From the human T2T-CHM13v2.0 reference genome, Homo sapiens, in NCBI RefSeq assembly GCF_009914755.1, contig NC_060937.1: 64,000 bases of DNA; one strand, given 5' to 3'. Position 1 is the first letter of the stretch; each line of letters begins with the position of its first letter. Under the pieces are notes generated by a model. That model had not been told where the DNA came from. It worked only from the letters and a program-made list of their open reading frames with translations, and did not search any database. Of this stretch, positions 63,461 through 64,000 are shown piece by piece. The position numbers were made by a program, and so were the translations under genes.

Positions 63461-64000
63461 AATAACTTGTTTTTCTAATTTCCTCGTGTTTCCCTTGTTC
63501 TTGTAGGTTCCTATTAGTTTGTCTCCTCTCCAGTCTTTAGTGCTTCTAGCTTTCATATTGGGTTGAGTAGATCATAAAATTCATTAGCTTTGAATACTGT
63601 AACAGTTAGAAAACTAGTTGGAAAGCATGTTGAAATAAATTTGAAGTAAGAGGCTTCATTTTTTATATTTAATACTATATTCTTCTAAAATTCACAGATA
63701 CCTACATTTAATACTTTACTGCTTATTCTTAAAATTAACACTGAGTTTTCACCTTAATACATCTCTTAATATTTTAAATTAAGTATCATTATCTATGATT
63801 TGAGAATATGGAAGTGATAACTCCATGACATTTTGGGTAATTCCGCCTTTATTGTAAATTCCTTACAGACTTAATACCATCTTTGCTATAACAAAGGAAG
63901 TAAAATGTATTTGTTATAGAATTATTGGGATGGTAAATGAGAAAGTGTCACAAAGCCATTCCTATTTAGGTCCTCCTCTCCTTAATTCTTTATGATAACA

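Overview
Human genomic DNA lying wholly inside the + strand DGKH gene (diacylglycerol kinase eta, type II DGK). Human origin is indicated by an L1HS pre-Ta element with its diagnostic bases. Fourteen coding exons (20851-60348, 1783 nt, 594 codons + 1 nt) splice into one stop-free frame. They cover the end of the PH domain, C1A, C1B, the DAGK catalytic 'a' half ([12 protein letters not shown]) and the insert that splits the catalytic domain; by recall these are about exons 4-17. Introns hold ~25 Alus, two 5'-truncated antisense L1PA elements (one with a twin-priming inversion), older L1M/L2/CR1/MIR/MLT1D/MER2 relics, microsatellites and an antisense processed CHCHD2 pseudogene with a young AluY in its 3' UTR. 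Most ORFs in the supplied track are Alu, L1 or low-complexity artefacts. I see no evidence of a wholly new biological system. The best leads are a candidate MIR-derived internal first exon with a uORF overlapping an internal ATG, a GC-AG intron with a donor-masking hairpin and U1-like tract, a pseudogene-derived poison exon, a recursive-splice-like site, a triple-hit retrotransposon target site, several very recent structural events and an unexplained ~120 bp dispersed duplication. Subfamily calls were made by eye from recalled consensus sequences, not by running RepeatMasker.
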